IMG/VR virus record: IMGVR_UViG_3300032272_000010
Location: 5,733 to 69,732 of that record
Strand: one strand, 5' to 3'
From: a virus
Taxonomy: Duplodnaviria; Caudoviricetes
Length of the DNA: 64,000 nucleotides
The position numbers and the translations under genes are program-made. Of the stretch, positions 35,301 through 42,781 are shown piece after piece; positions within the stretch are counted from its first letter, which is position 1; every line of letters starts with the position of its first letter. Below the pieces are notes generated by a model. The model was not told where the DNA came from, did not search any database, and was given only the letters and a program-made list of their open reading frames with translations.

Positions 35301-35478
35301 CAGTCACCTGTAGCTGCATTACCCCTTCTGCATCTGGGGCTGCGGCTAGCCACTCTAGGAATGCTGAAGGTGTCGAGGGGTCACCACCTTGGGAGAGACC
35401 ACCTAGAGTGAAACCCAGCGAAGTCCCAAAACTTAATCTTGACCAAGTCATCATGTGACCTCCTAGTAAATGCTCCAA
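32347..35478 (-). CDS. 1043-aa multidomain adhesin-like protein: CBM/galactose-binding-like beta domains, LamG-like, PKD-like, C-terminal BspA/DUF285-type LRR
   Basis: NSDFS...YELSFD...FFIDNVSIKE (CBM-like); VVDWGDGS...HVY..AGVYEVQISG (PKD-like); repeated L....MF....L units. Confidence 0.6.
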   Translation of the reverse strand: MEHLLGGHMMTWSRLSFGTSLGFTLGGLSQGGDPSTPSAFLEWLAAAPDAEGVMQLQVTGVGTPTSTHAAVIYAADYQGICHAFAANEPVWAKGRVVENGITDSSDANQWSMITTNVISQTEINAPSDGGWFSVPADVYAAGTPIILSFRAKAGTSDRIRSQTAYPILGNTDITLTSEYKRYCVAGTVYSSGAIRFSILDAGSIHLTDVQLENATGRSDTTTPSEYVSTSASPSDGLQFVSNSDFSVDASGYSAVGGASLVRENDKGKFIGDGSQYANIEAANAYDLVVGRNYELSFDFTPGTYTGTVELNVEGQNASPPLLFSGTSEARHCSVKLLGAQHVARQIRIRMNSAHTPGDYFFIDNVSIKEIPRTKTFCYQNRNTVASNVVTEGQYQFVEQGPWKYYPEYWNGSAWADNLLATGMPQLQYTPDATNSWVYSNTDIIHPMNGTPTLTLDQVGLTGEPNTAILLSDAQTDYPSVIRPEVATVADTSVHTFKTWVKKDENETRFPAFNTLYVGGAWNKVLLNTKTGAFNKYEGSENVEIVDDGLWWVVVQEMTNTNLTSLRHYIAPAMSDDFATESSSPTGSIILGQREVHLNKTITDVRGLPPIFTDSAAASINRTDYRWDLANHDQDNGAYFYNLESSISGSEIPTASYYSWLTASNVTAANLAFAKPDSGYQLGTYDGERILGFTGAWSRNVVYAHGVTYDATDALKTVYVDGVVSTITGYNEVYRGTYGAWANLFLAYSNPHTHYFSNIQRWTIPDYATGKTKIEELMVPYYGDSMVLEFNIASNGETLTIPARNVGTYNAVVDWGDGSTSTVTTYNDADLVHVYTTAGVYEVQISGVFPAIHFNNVGDKLKLLRILSWGDCSYDINQQNAFRGCTNLTKLLVHPDHFGFFNSTLTSASNMFILTALDGIPEGITLGSLTSAGAMFSYCNLGALPESLTLASLTYGVQMFKLAGITSIGSSLSFPALTNGVQIFNGNTINTADYSAMLVRMEAANQNGSVTFEGGLSTYNTAGGVARAALITDHGWTITDGGAA

Positions 35479-35840
35479 GTGTCAGCTGTCAAGCCTGTGA
35501 ACTTGACCTTAGAAACGTTAACACCGATTGTCACCAATTTAACCGCAGCGCTATCGACTTCATAAGACGGCTCCATAAAATTAGTGCCATCATAGCTGAC
35601 TTCGATCTTGGCAGTGGCATCTGCACTATTCAGCACAGCACTGTAAGGGGGTAACATAAATGCTACACCGATAATGCTAGAAGTGCCACCTAATGCAGTA
35701 GCTTCGTCTGTCAAGCGGCTATTAAAAGCCTCACGAGTTCCTGAGAAGACCTCTCCAGTGACTCGGTTTACAGCGCCAATATCATCGCCATCGATAGTGA
35801 TCTCCCAGTTGGAAGGGTTTCTTGTTTCTTTGAAGCTCAT
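35463..35840 (-). CDS. Hypothetical protein with an N-terminal PSNW...GEVFSG...FN.RL module
   Basis: Module shared with 30562..30900. Confidence 0.6.
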   Translation of the reverse strand: MSFKETRNPSNWEITIDGDDIGAVNRVTGEVFSGTREAFNSRLTDEATALGGTSSIIGVAFMLPPYSAVLNSADATAKIEVSYDGTNFMEPSYEVDSAAVKLVTIGVNVSKVKFTGLTADTWSIY

Positions 35841-35852
35841 TGTGTTGTCCTT

Positions 35853-37199
35853 TTAAAAGTTAGGGCTCTGTGCTACGCCAGGCCTGTTGTTGATAGGGAA
35901 CTCATATTCCATTCCGTACCTTATACCGTCAGAGAAATGCTCTACACCTTCCTTCTTATCGATAGTTGCAGAGTCACTGTTGTTGTTCACCCATATGGTG
36001 CGTTCTAATGACTTGATAGTGCCCTTACATTCAGGCCTCACAAAGAGATTCGTTTTGCCAGTAGCAGTGCCTAACATACGATTCACACAAGCAACACTGT
36101 CAACAATCCCAGGGGATTTACCTCTAGTTAACACTTGAATGTTATACTTCTTGAGTATTGTAAAGTCAGTTTGACCGACTGGTGCACTGGTCTTCCTACT
36201 GTTACCGGTGGGGTCAGGGTAAGCGATAATCCTACGATCTGGGCCGTACTTATAACGGATAGCCTTGGCCAGTTCTTCGGTGTCAGGATGTCCCTGAAAT
36301 TCACTAATAAATTGAGCTTGACCGCCTCTTTTAGCCCAGAAAGATGTTGCTTGAATGCCAACGTTAAAGTCGATATTGCAACGCACAGTCTCGGTCTTCG
36401 TAAAGTTCGGTATATCGTCTCTCACATGTTTCGTTCTATCGAACATATAGAAGACTGATGCACCAGACTCTTTAAAGGCCGCCATGTATTCCGACGCGAA
36501 TGTTATAGGGTCACGATTCTCTTTAATCCTTTCGATCTCGTTGGGATCAATATAGGGCGATGCTCTGTAGTCAAAGCGCCACGATCTCCAGGTCTTATCG
36601 TGTTCACGCATGTTAAACATGTCGTATAAATAATTGTAGCCCTTAGGGGTGCTGATTGTCAGAGCACGGCCAGCTGAAGGAGCACCATGAAAAGCTGCAC
36701 GTTCGGGAGACCACCGAGTATTGATACATGGTTCTATAATGTCCTCCCAAGCCTTCTTAAAGCCCATCCCTTTGTTCCAGGAGGACACTTCATCATTCAC
36801 AACAAAATAAGCCCCTTTACCACGCATTCTTTCAACAGCTTCATAAGACATTAAACGAAGCATCACATTGTTTGGAAAGGTGAATACTCCTTTGTCCTTA
36901 GAGCCTTTTATAGCGTAGTTTATGAGGCCAAGTTCATGAGCTAACAAAGGGTAATAGATGTCAGTCACTTGGTCATAAGTAGGGGCAATAATAAATACAT
37001 TCTTGTTAGGTACTTTAGCAGACATCTGCATTAATTCAACTGTCGCTGTACTTGCAGTAACAGCACCTAAATAGCTTTTACCAAAACCTCGAGCACATAC
37101 AGCTGTCCCGAAGCGGCACAATTTGTCTAAAAACAAAGCATCAAAGATGTCTGATTGAGAAGACGTTAGATTGATGTTATTAGTCATCCTCGGAGACAC
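35853..37199 (-). CDS. terL: Terminase large subunit
   Basis: Walker A CARGFGKS, Walker B FVVNDE, coupling motif ISTPKG, nuclease acidic residues (IDFNV, EHFSDGIRY). Confidence 0.92.
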   Translation of the reverse strand: MSPRMTNNINLTSSQSDIFDALFLDKLCRFGTAVCARGFGKSYLGAVTASTATVELMQMSAKVPNKNVFIIAPTYDQVTDIYYPLLAHELGLINYAIKGSKDKGVFTFPNNVMLRLMSYEAVERMRGKGAYFVVNDEVSSWNKGMGFKKAWEDIIEPCINTRWSPERAAFHGAPSAGRALTISTPKGYNYLYDMFNMREHDKTWRSWRFDYRASPYIDPNEIERIKENRDPITFASEYMAAFKESGASVFYMFDRTKHVRDDIPNFTKTETVRCNIDFNVGIQATSFWAKRGGQAQFISEFQGHPDTEELAKAIRYKYGPDRRIIAYPDPTGNSRKTSAPVGQTDFTILKKYNIQVLTRGKSPGIVDSVACVNRMLGTATGKTNLFVRPECKGTIKSLERTIWVNNNSDSATIDKKEGVEHFSDGIRYGMEYEFPINNRPGVAQSPNF

Positions 37200-37581
37200 C
37201 TATCCTCACAGACCTTCCTGAGGTGCTGTTGATTGACATCATAGGTATTCCTATTGTCTCTATAGCTGTTCCTTCATCAACCCTTGTATACTTGTAACGA
37301 AGTAGATCAGAGGCTACTTGACGTAACTGTGCAAGGATTGATACATGAGCTACAGAAGAGTATCTCACAGTCCTTAATTTCTTCCCCATAGGATTCAGTT
37401 CAACAACTGAGCTGAAGTTCCTTATATTACACCAATATTTATCTTCTTCTTCGAGTCTCTTATAGACAGCCACAAGCGATATTATAGGGTCGAAATTTGA
37501 TTGTTCTAATTGTTGCAGTGCAGAGGGACTCAGTATTGGACTCTCTACTACACCTTCAATTGCCTCAGAAGTCTCCTTCAT
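37180..37581 (-). CDS. Terminase small subunit candidate
   Basis: 133 aa, overlaps the start of terL. Confidence 0.5.
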   Translation of the reverse strand: MKETSEAIEGVVESPILSPSALQQLEQSNFDPIISLVAVYKRLEEEDKYWCNIRNFSSVVELNPMGKKLRTVRYSSVAHVSILAQLRQVASDLLRYKYTRVDEGTAIETIGIPMMSINSTSGRSVRIGVSEDD

Positions 37582-37679
37582 AAGAACTCCTGTTAAGTAA
37601 TTTATTGGATCCTTAGATTAATTTATAAAGTCTCTTTGAGAAGCTCATCAGAAAACCCTTCGAAGAGATGTTATCCGTG

Positions 37680-37708
37680 AGGGAGGGGGTATGGGTAAAA
37701 CCCTCCCT
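37680..37708. other. G-rich hairpin element, copy 2 (inverted relative to copy 1)
   Basis: AGGGAGGG-N13-CCCTCCCT; the plus strand reads GGGAGGGGGTATGGGTAAAACCCTCCC. Confidence 0.55.
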
Positions 37709-37760
37709 ACAATAAAACTACACCTGAAGTTCTATTTCACTATATTTAGAGGTCGATTTA

Positions 37761-37852
37761 AATGATATTATAATGACACTTTGAATGATATTATAATGAC
37801 ACTTTGAATGATATTATAATGACACTTTAAATGATATTATAATGACACTTTA
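37761..37852. repeat. Four tandem 23-bp AT-rich direct repeats AATGATATTATAATGACACTTT(G/A)
   Basis: Units start at 37761, 37784, 37807 and 37830; no spacers. Confidence 0.95.
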
Positions 37853-37962
37853 ATTGACCCTACGATGTTTTTATTCTTTCCCTAAACGGGAATTCAAGGT
37901 TCGCTCATACTTTTTCATCCGGTTTTTGATTCGTCATTTAGCGTCAGTCTCATAAGTTCATC

Positions 37963-38105
37963 TCGCTTACGCTCGATTCACTTTTTCGACCTCCTTAAAT
38001 TCCTCATACAAATACCTCCTTTCAAAAGGCGCTGACATTCGTTCGCTAACGCTCATAAAAATATTTAGATCTCGCTGACGCTCGTTTTACCATTCGCTGA
38101 CGCTC
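37963..38105. repeat. Four dispersed TCGCT(T/A/G)ACGCTC motifs
   Basis: Copies at 37963, 38043, 38072 and 38094. Confidence 0.85.
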
Positions 38106-38226
38106 ATGTTTATTGATCAAACTACCCCCTAATCCCCCTTCTTTACTTACATAAGAGTGACCTTGGGAATGTGATAAGAATGTGAGTAATGAGAGAGTCA
38201 GTGGGAGGGTCTTACCAGAAGCGTAT

Positions 38227-38242
38227 GGGTTAATTTAACGGG
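38227..38242 (-). promoter_or_regulatory. Putative phage RNAP promoter upstream of the repeat region and terS/terL
   Basis: CCCGTTAAATTAACCC. Confidence 0.6.
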
Positions 38243-38293
38243 TTATTTTGATGATGGTAGGATGTTCACTTAGAGTAGTTGGAGGATAGGTCG

Positions 38294-38355
<62 letters not shown>

Positions 38356-38369
38356 CAGTTGAGGTTTGT

Positions 38370-38762
38370 TTACATTGTACCTAACATTACCCAGGGTTGG
38401 AAAGCTGGGAGGTCTTCTCCGACTAACTCTTCGAGTCTCAGCAGTACATCTTCACGAGCCATCATCGAGCAGGCATCATGTAATTCTTGCAATATGCTTA
38501 AAGCTCTCTGGTGAAGCTCTATAAATTCACGTTGGGGTTCTCTGCGTAAGGCCTCCTGAAAAGACGTAGACTCTAAACCTCCTGCAAGACCCATGCAGTC
38601 ACCGTGCTCTTCAAGGAGGAATCCGATGGCACAGTGGTTGCCTTCTGTGTCCTCATAAACGCATGTCTCGAAGCAATTTGTGGCTTGCTTGCCTTGCTTT
38701 ATAAGCGCCTCTGCTATTTCGTTTAAAACTTCTACTAGTGTCTTGCCTTTAGTTGATATCAT
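38370..38762 (-). CDS. Paralog family A (MIxTxGKT...C.Y...HCAxGxLL...HD), copy 1
   Basis: Shares these motifs with 42374..42781 and 49517..49921. Confidence 0.75.
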   Translation of the reverse strand: MISTKGKTLVEVLNEIAEALIKQGKQATNCFETCVYEDTEGNHCAIGFLLEEHGDCMGLAGGLESTSFQEALRREPQREFIELHQRALSILQELHDACSMMAREDVLLRLEELVGEDLPAFQPWVMLGTM

Positions 38763-39156
38763 TCGGTTCCTTTTGAAAATAGGTTGGGGTAGTGCAAGGT
38801 GAAATCCACTTGCCTGCCACTAGAGTCGAACAAGGTGGTCGTGGCCCAACATCTACACCAGTCCTGAGAAGATATGCCACTCGTGGTCCTGACATGTAAG
38901 GGTCGACGTCCTTTCTGTCGATAATAAAGTAGTCAAACGAACAGCCCCCAGGTGAGTACTCTCTATAGATCTTTAAGACATTAGAGTGAGTCTTATAACC
39001 AAACTCTGCGTCATCATTTATGTAACGCTTGTGAAAGGTTATAGAACCACTCTGTATAGCCTCGACAAGATACTCTTCAGCAGCCTTATAATGCCCTTCC
39101 TGCACTAACTCAGTTACAACTCTCTCAGCCTTATTTCTAAACAGAAATCCAAACAT
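38749..39156 (-). CDS. Hypothetical protein
   Basis: 135-aa ORF in a tight operon. Confidence 0.6.
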   Translation of the reverse strand: MFGFLFRNKAERVVTELVQEGHYKAAEEYLVEAIQSGSITFHKRYINDDAEFGYKTHSNVLKIYREYSPGGCSFDYFIIDRKDVDPYMSGPRVAYLLRTGVDVGPRPPCSTLVAGKWISPCTTPTYFQKEPNDIN

Positions 39157-39530
39157 TACGACGCTCCTGCTTCTAGGTCTTCCAGATAGTTAGTGTCTAG
39201 TGGTATCTCAAAGTAGTCAAACCAAAACTGCTTCTTAAGCTGCCGCATAGCTAGGCTATTCATATCCACTCCATGGATTCGTGAGAGGTTTACTCCAAGA
39301 CAGTGTGTGAAACTTGGTAAGAATATTGAAGGCTCACGTGCCTTCTCATAGTCCTCTCGCATTGCCTTTTCGATGAGGCGGATGGTGCTGCTCTTGTCCT
39401 GTCGTGAGACCCGGCTTGGGTATAAGCGGTTAATAGCATTGCACATGAACTGATGACCCTTAGCGTCTTCATGTGTGTTGAGTTGATAATTGGCAGATAT
39501 CGCAGTGAGTATGACATCTTTAGCTTTCAT
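39156..39530 (-). CDS. Paralog family B (DVILxAI...FMC...LKKxFWxxYFxxPLxTxY), copy 1
   Basis: Start trimmed to MKAKDV; closely similar to 39520..39867. Confidence 0.75.
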   Translation of the reverse strand: MKAKDVILTAISANYQLNTHEDAKGHQFMCNAINRLYPSRVSRQDKSSTIRLIEKAMREDYEKAREPSIFLPSFTHCLGVNLSRIHGVDMNSLAMRQLKKQFWFDYFEIPLDTNYLEDLEAGAS

Positions 39531-39867
39531 TGTATTTAGTCTCCAAGGGTATCTTGAAATAGTCAAACCAGAATTGCTTCTTAAGTTGTCGCATGGTTAG
39601 ACCGTTCGTGTCCACTCCATGGATTCGTGCAAGGTTTATTACAAGATATTGTGTAAAAATGCCTAGATCTTTTGTCGATCTTTCATAGTCTTTGCGCATT
39701 GCTTTTGCAACAAGTCGGATAGCTCTGTCCTTGTCTCTTTTTGAAACCTGACTTGGTGCCAACTTACTAATAGCCTTGCACATGAACTTGTCACCTCCAG
39801 CGTCTTCATGCGTGTTCAGCTCATAGGTTCCTGCTATAGCGGTAAGAATTACATCTCTAGTTTTCAT
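39520..39867 (-). CDS. Paralog family B, copy 2
   Basis: MKTRDVILTAI...FMCKAI...MRQLKKQFWFDYFKIPLETKY. Confidence 0.75.
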   Translation of the reverse strand: MKTRDVILTAIAGTYELNTHEDAGGDKFMCKAISKLAPSQVSKRDKDRAIRLVAKAMRKDYERSTKDLGIFTQYLVINLARIHGVDTNGLTMRQLKKQFWFDYFKIPLETKYNES

Positions 39868-39887
39868 AAGACTCCTTGTGTATGCTG

Positions 39888-40055
39888 TTAAGATGTAGCT
39901 GCAAAGAATGCAGCACGCATGGCTGCGTCATAGTCATCCTCATCTTGAGGCAGCTGGCAGTGTAAGGGGTTTTGCATCTGCCCATGAAGCCATTGCTTCT
40001 CAGCTTCATCCAAGGTCAGAATAGTTATTTTGGTCACTTCTTCAGAACTTTCCAT
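39888..40055 (-). CDS. Small hypothetical protein (55 aa, missing from the ORF track)
   Basis: MESSEEVTKITILTLDEAEKQWL...; AGGAG RBS. Confidence 0.55.
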   Translation of the reverse strand: MESSEEVTKITILTLDEAEKQWLHGQMQNPLHCQLPQDEDDYDAAMRAAFFAATS

Positions 40056-40064
40056 AATATTCTC

Positions 40065-40391
40065 CTAGTATCGGTGGGCACATTCGTATGTAATGGGTTC
40101 ACCCTTTGTGATGGTTATTTTGAGAACTTCTAGAGTACTGTCATCAGCATGTGCAATACAGTCGCACAGCCTCGATCGACCTCCCCCTTCTGAACCATCC
40201 TCGTAAATGTTTAAATATTTGACGCTGGACTCAGGCTTAACTCGATAGTTATAGTGTAGTATCCAGCGCGGGTGCTCGGTATCTACCCAGCCCGTCTGTG
40301 CGTCAGCTGTCGTAGTTTGAATCTGCTCTCCATTCTTGAAAGCTTTAATCTCCTTCCAGTGCTTTTTAAGTTCTTCTCTAGCGATGTTCAT
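40065..40391 (-). CDS. Paralog family C (RExLKKxW...W..T..P.W...YRxKP), copy 1
   Basis: Tandem with the next two ORFs. Confidence 0.75.
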   Translation of the reverse strand: MNIAREELKKHWKEIKAFKNGEQIQTTTADAQTGWVDTEHPRWILHYNYRVKPESSVKYLNIYEDGSEGGGRSRLCDCIAHADDSTLEVLKITITKGEPITYECAHRY

Positions 40392-40392
40392 C

Positions 40393-40737
40393 TCAACTCT
40401 CCTCTGTACACTTCAAATAATTATGGACACATTCATATTTAATGGGGACACCTTCTGCAATAGCCAGCTTCAGAATCTCCAGAGCACCGTTGCCAGCGTT
40501 GTTCTTACACAGAGCAAGAGAGGTGTAAGAAGACCCACACAAACCTTCTTTATAGATAGTGGTGTACCGGATCGTGGTTTCAGACCTAACACGGTATATC
40601 GTTTTTACGCTCCAAGATGGGTTTTCTGTGACTTTCCAGATGCCTAAGTGCCCGTCGAACCACTCAATAACAGACCCACTCTTAAAGGCTTCGACCTCCT
40701 TCCAGTATTTCTTTAACTGTTCTCTTGTTAAACTCAC
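40393..40737 (-). CDS. Paralog family C, copy 2
   Basis: MSLTREQLKKYW...ENPSW...YRVR...YECVH. Confidence 0.75.
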   Translation of the reverse strand: MSLTREQLKKYWKEVEAFKSGSVIEWFDGHLGIWKVTENPSWSVKTIYRVRSETTIRYTTIYKEGLCGSSYTSLALCKNNAGNGALEILKLAIAEGVPIKYECVHNYLKCTEES

Positions 40738-41081
40738 CTTAACTCTCCTCTGTATGCTCCTGAGTATCTGTGTACACAGCTGTAGACCAAGGGACCCCTC
40801 TTGTCACTCTCAATCTTTACGACCTCTCTAACACCGCTAGCAGCTGCCTCCCGAGCTGATGAGAGCTCTGAGTATGCTACAGAGACAGCCCCGTCGTTAT
40901 ACATGTTATAATACCTCACTGTAGTTGAAGGCTTTATGCGGTACTCTCCATCGACATGCCACCGAGGGGTAGCAACCGTGTACCACCCCTCGACTGTGTC
41001 AAGTTTTTGAACTGTACCTCCTTCTTTAAATGCTTCGATTACCTCCCAGTGTTTCTTCAGTTGTTCCCTTGTGAGACTCAT
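40734..41081 (-). CDS. Paralog family C, copy 3
   Basis: MSLTREQLKKHW...TPRW...YRIKP...YSCVHRY. Confidence 0.75.
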   Translation of the reverse strand: MSLTREQLKKHWEVIEAFKEGGTVQKLDTVEGWYTVATPRWHVDGEYRIKPSTTVRYYNMYNDGAVSVAYSELSSAREAAASGVREVVKIESDKRGPLVYSCVHRYSGAYRGELR

Positions 41082-41431
41082 ACTTCATCTCCTTTATATT
41101 TAGTATCCAGAGGAACCCCAAAGTGTTCAAACCAGAATTGCTTCTTTAGTTCTCTCATCTCTACAGCGGAGGGCCGCTCTCCATCATTCTCTGAGGCGTA
41201 AGCGTTTATAAGGTGGGACGTCAGCGCTATGTATGGAGCCGGCTCGAAGATGCCTAGCATAGCCAGTTCTATGGCTTTGACTGTAGCCTCTTTCTCAAAA
41301 TCACTGAGGGACTCCATAAGGTGATTGACACAAGTACACATGTACTGGTTGCTTGAGCCTCCCTCGGCCCTAGTCAAGGTGTATACCCCTGTTTGTATCG
41401 CTAGAAGGATTACTTCATTGGGTGTTCGCAT
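41078..41431 (-). CDS. Paralog family B, copy 3
   Basis: EVILLAI...YMC...MRELKKQFWFEHFGVPLDTKY. Confidence 0.75.
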   Translation of the reverse strand: MRTPNEVILLAIQTGVYTLTRAEGGSSNQYMCTCVNHLMESLSDFEKEATVKAIELAMLGIFEPAPYIALTSHLINAYASENDGERPSAVEMRELKKQFWFEHFGVPLDTKYKGDEV

Positions 41432-41440
41432 ATACGTACC

Positions 41441-41962
41441 TCACTTAGCTGTAAAGGAGTTTTTCGAATTGAGCCTGAAAGGGCTTACTATCAATTCCGG
41501 TTCAGAGTAGACAGGTCGCACTCCACCCTTGCCATCACTACAAAGTACATAAGTAGCAGCTAGACCTTCAGGCATAAATAGACCATTAGGCTCTGGCTGA
41601 GGCAACGTCCCGTAACCATAACTACTATCTTTGACGACCTTCTCAGGGTTTGAGTACTGTATAGAAGCGGAGAGGCCATAGCCAATGCTTTCACATAGAA
41701 AGTGTAGACCGCCTTGCATGTCCATGAAGTAGCTGTACGTAGTGACCTCTTGATCTTTCAACTCGTATATAAGCTTGGCGAATCGCTTCTCTGTCCAGTT
41801 GACAATGTTCGGCATACCGACACTTTGATTAGCAGCTTTCTGCATTTCCGCTGTTTGGGCTGACTGTAGTTTGTCAGCTGAAGGTACACGGGCTTCACAA
41901 GCCATTAAGGTACAGGTCATAAGTACTATAAATGCAATCTTTTTCATAATGTCTCTATCCAT
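41441..41962 (-). CDS. Phage lipoprotein
   Basis: KK plus hydrophobic core plus lipobox LMAC; SIGYG, LPQPEPNGLF and P.Y.EP..IVSPF motifs. Confidence 0.7.
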   Translation of the reverse strand: MDRDIMKKIAFIVLMTCTLMACEARVPSADKLQSAQTAEMQKAANQSVGMPNIVNWTEKRFAKLIYELKDQEVTTYSYFMDMQGGLHFLCESIGYGLSASIQYSNPEKVVKDSSYGYGTLPQPEPNGLFMPEGLAATYVLCSDGKGGVRPVYSEPELIVSPFRLNSKNSFTAK

Positions 41963-42252
41963 TTTCGTAAATCTTCAGGTAACTGCGTTTTGTCAAGGGT
42001 TGCAGTTTGGGTCAGGACCATCAGCTTGATGGCGTTCTTGTGGTTGTCGCTTTCAGACAACTGATACTGCATCCTCAGGCGGTTCAAGTTCTCTATCGAA
42101 CCGTGTATAAAGGGTTTGCTACTTTCAAAGATCTCTCGATCAGCGCTTGCGTAACGTTTACCAAAGTGCTCCTTTATATTAGGGCCGAAGTATATAAGGC
42201 TTGACAGTACGAGAACTACTATCAGCGTCAAAGCTATTTCTTTAAATGTCAT
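41944..42252 (-). CDS. N-terminally membrane-anchored protein, partner of the lipoprotein
   Basis: Single N-terminal TM then a helical domain; overlaps the lipoprotein start. Confidence 0.6.
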   Translation of the reverse strand: MTFKEIALTLIVVLVLSSLIYFGPNIKEHFGKRYASADREIFESSKPFIHGSIENLNRLRMQYQLSESDNHKNAIKLMVLTQTATLDKTQLPEDLRKWIETL

Positions 42253-42373
42253 TGAGGTTCCTTTTGTTTGTCTAGTTTGGGTTGGGAGCTTCTAACTTCT
42301 TGTGTCTCTTTCAAGCGTTTTGTACAGCTTTTGCCAGACTTTCGCGGATACTCACGATAGCTGTACTTCTTTG

Positions 42374-42781
42374 TTATGATGTCAAGTTTCCTTTGTTGTC
42401 AGCCTCAAACCAAGGCTTCCAGGCTTCAATATCAACGTTGTGATCACGCTTCATGATCCTCTCTTGGCGGTTGTAAGTGTCCAAGCCACCTCTAAACTCT
42501 ATGTCGTGGATCACCTCTAAGAGGCTTAGAGCCCCTAAATTCTCTCTGAGGAACTGTTCATTTGGACCCAGTACTGAGTACTCTTCTAGCAATCTGAAAA
42601 TATTGCCTTCAGCTTTCATTGCTTCTGAATCTTCAGGGAGAAGCCAACCAATTGCACAGTGTGTCTCCCCTAGCCCGTAACAGCAAATGCCTCCCTCGCT
42701 ACAAGGCGAACCCTGCTCAATCAATTTCTTAGCAATCTCGTCTGAGACCTCTTGTAATGTTTTACCTTTTGTGTTTATCAT
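42374..42781 (-). CDS. Paralog family A, copy 2
   Basis: MINTKGKTLQEV...CCY...HCAIGWLLPE...IHD. Confidence 0.75.
   Translation of the reverse strand: MINTKGKTLQEVSDEIAKKLIEQGSPCSEGGICCYGLGETHCAIGWLLPEDSEAMKAEGNIFRLLEEYSVLGPNEQFLRENLGALSLLEVIHDIEFRGGLDTYNRQERIMKRDHNVDIEAWKPWFEADNKGNLTS

Noticed and set aside
32347-35478. Compositional island indicating recent horizontal acquisition
   Set aside because: It seemed slightly CpG-richer by eye, but the difference was too small to support without computed k-mer statistics.
37761-37852. 23-bp repeats as a CRISPR array or as tandem sigma70 promoters
   Set aside because: The repeats abut with no spacers and there are no cas genes. TATAAT is present, but no -35 element lies at a 16-18 bp spacing (ATGACA is 13 bp away).
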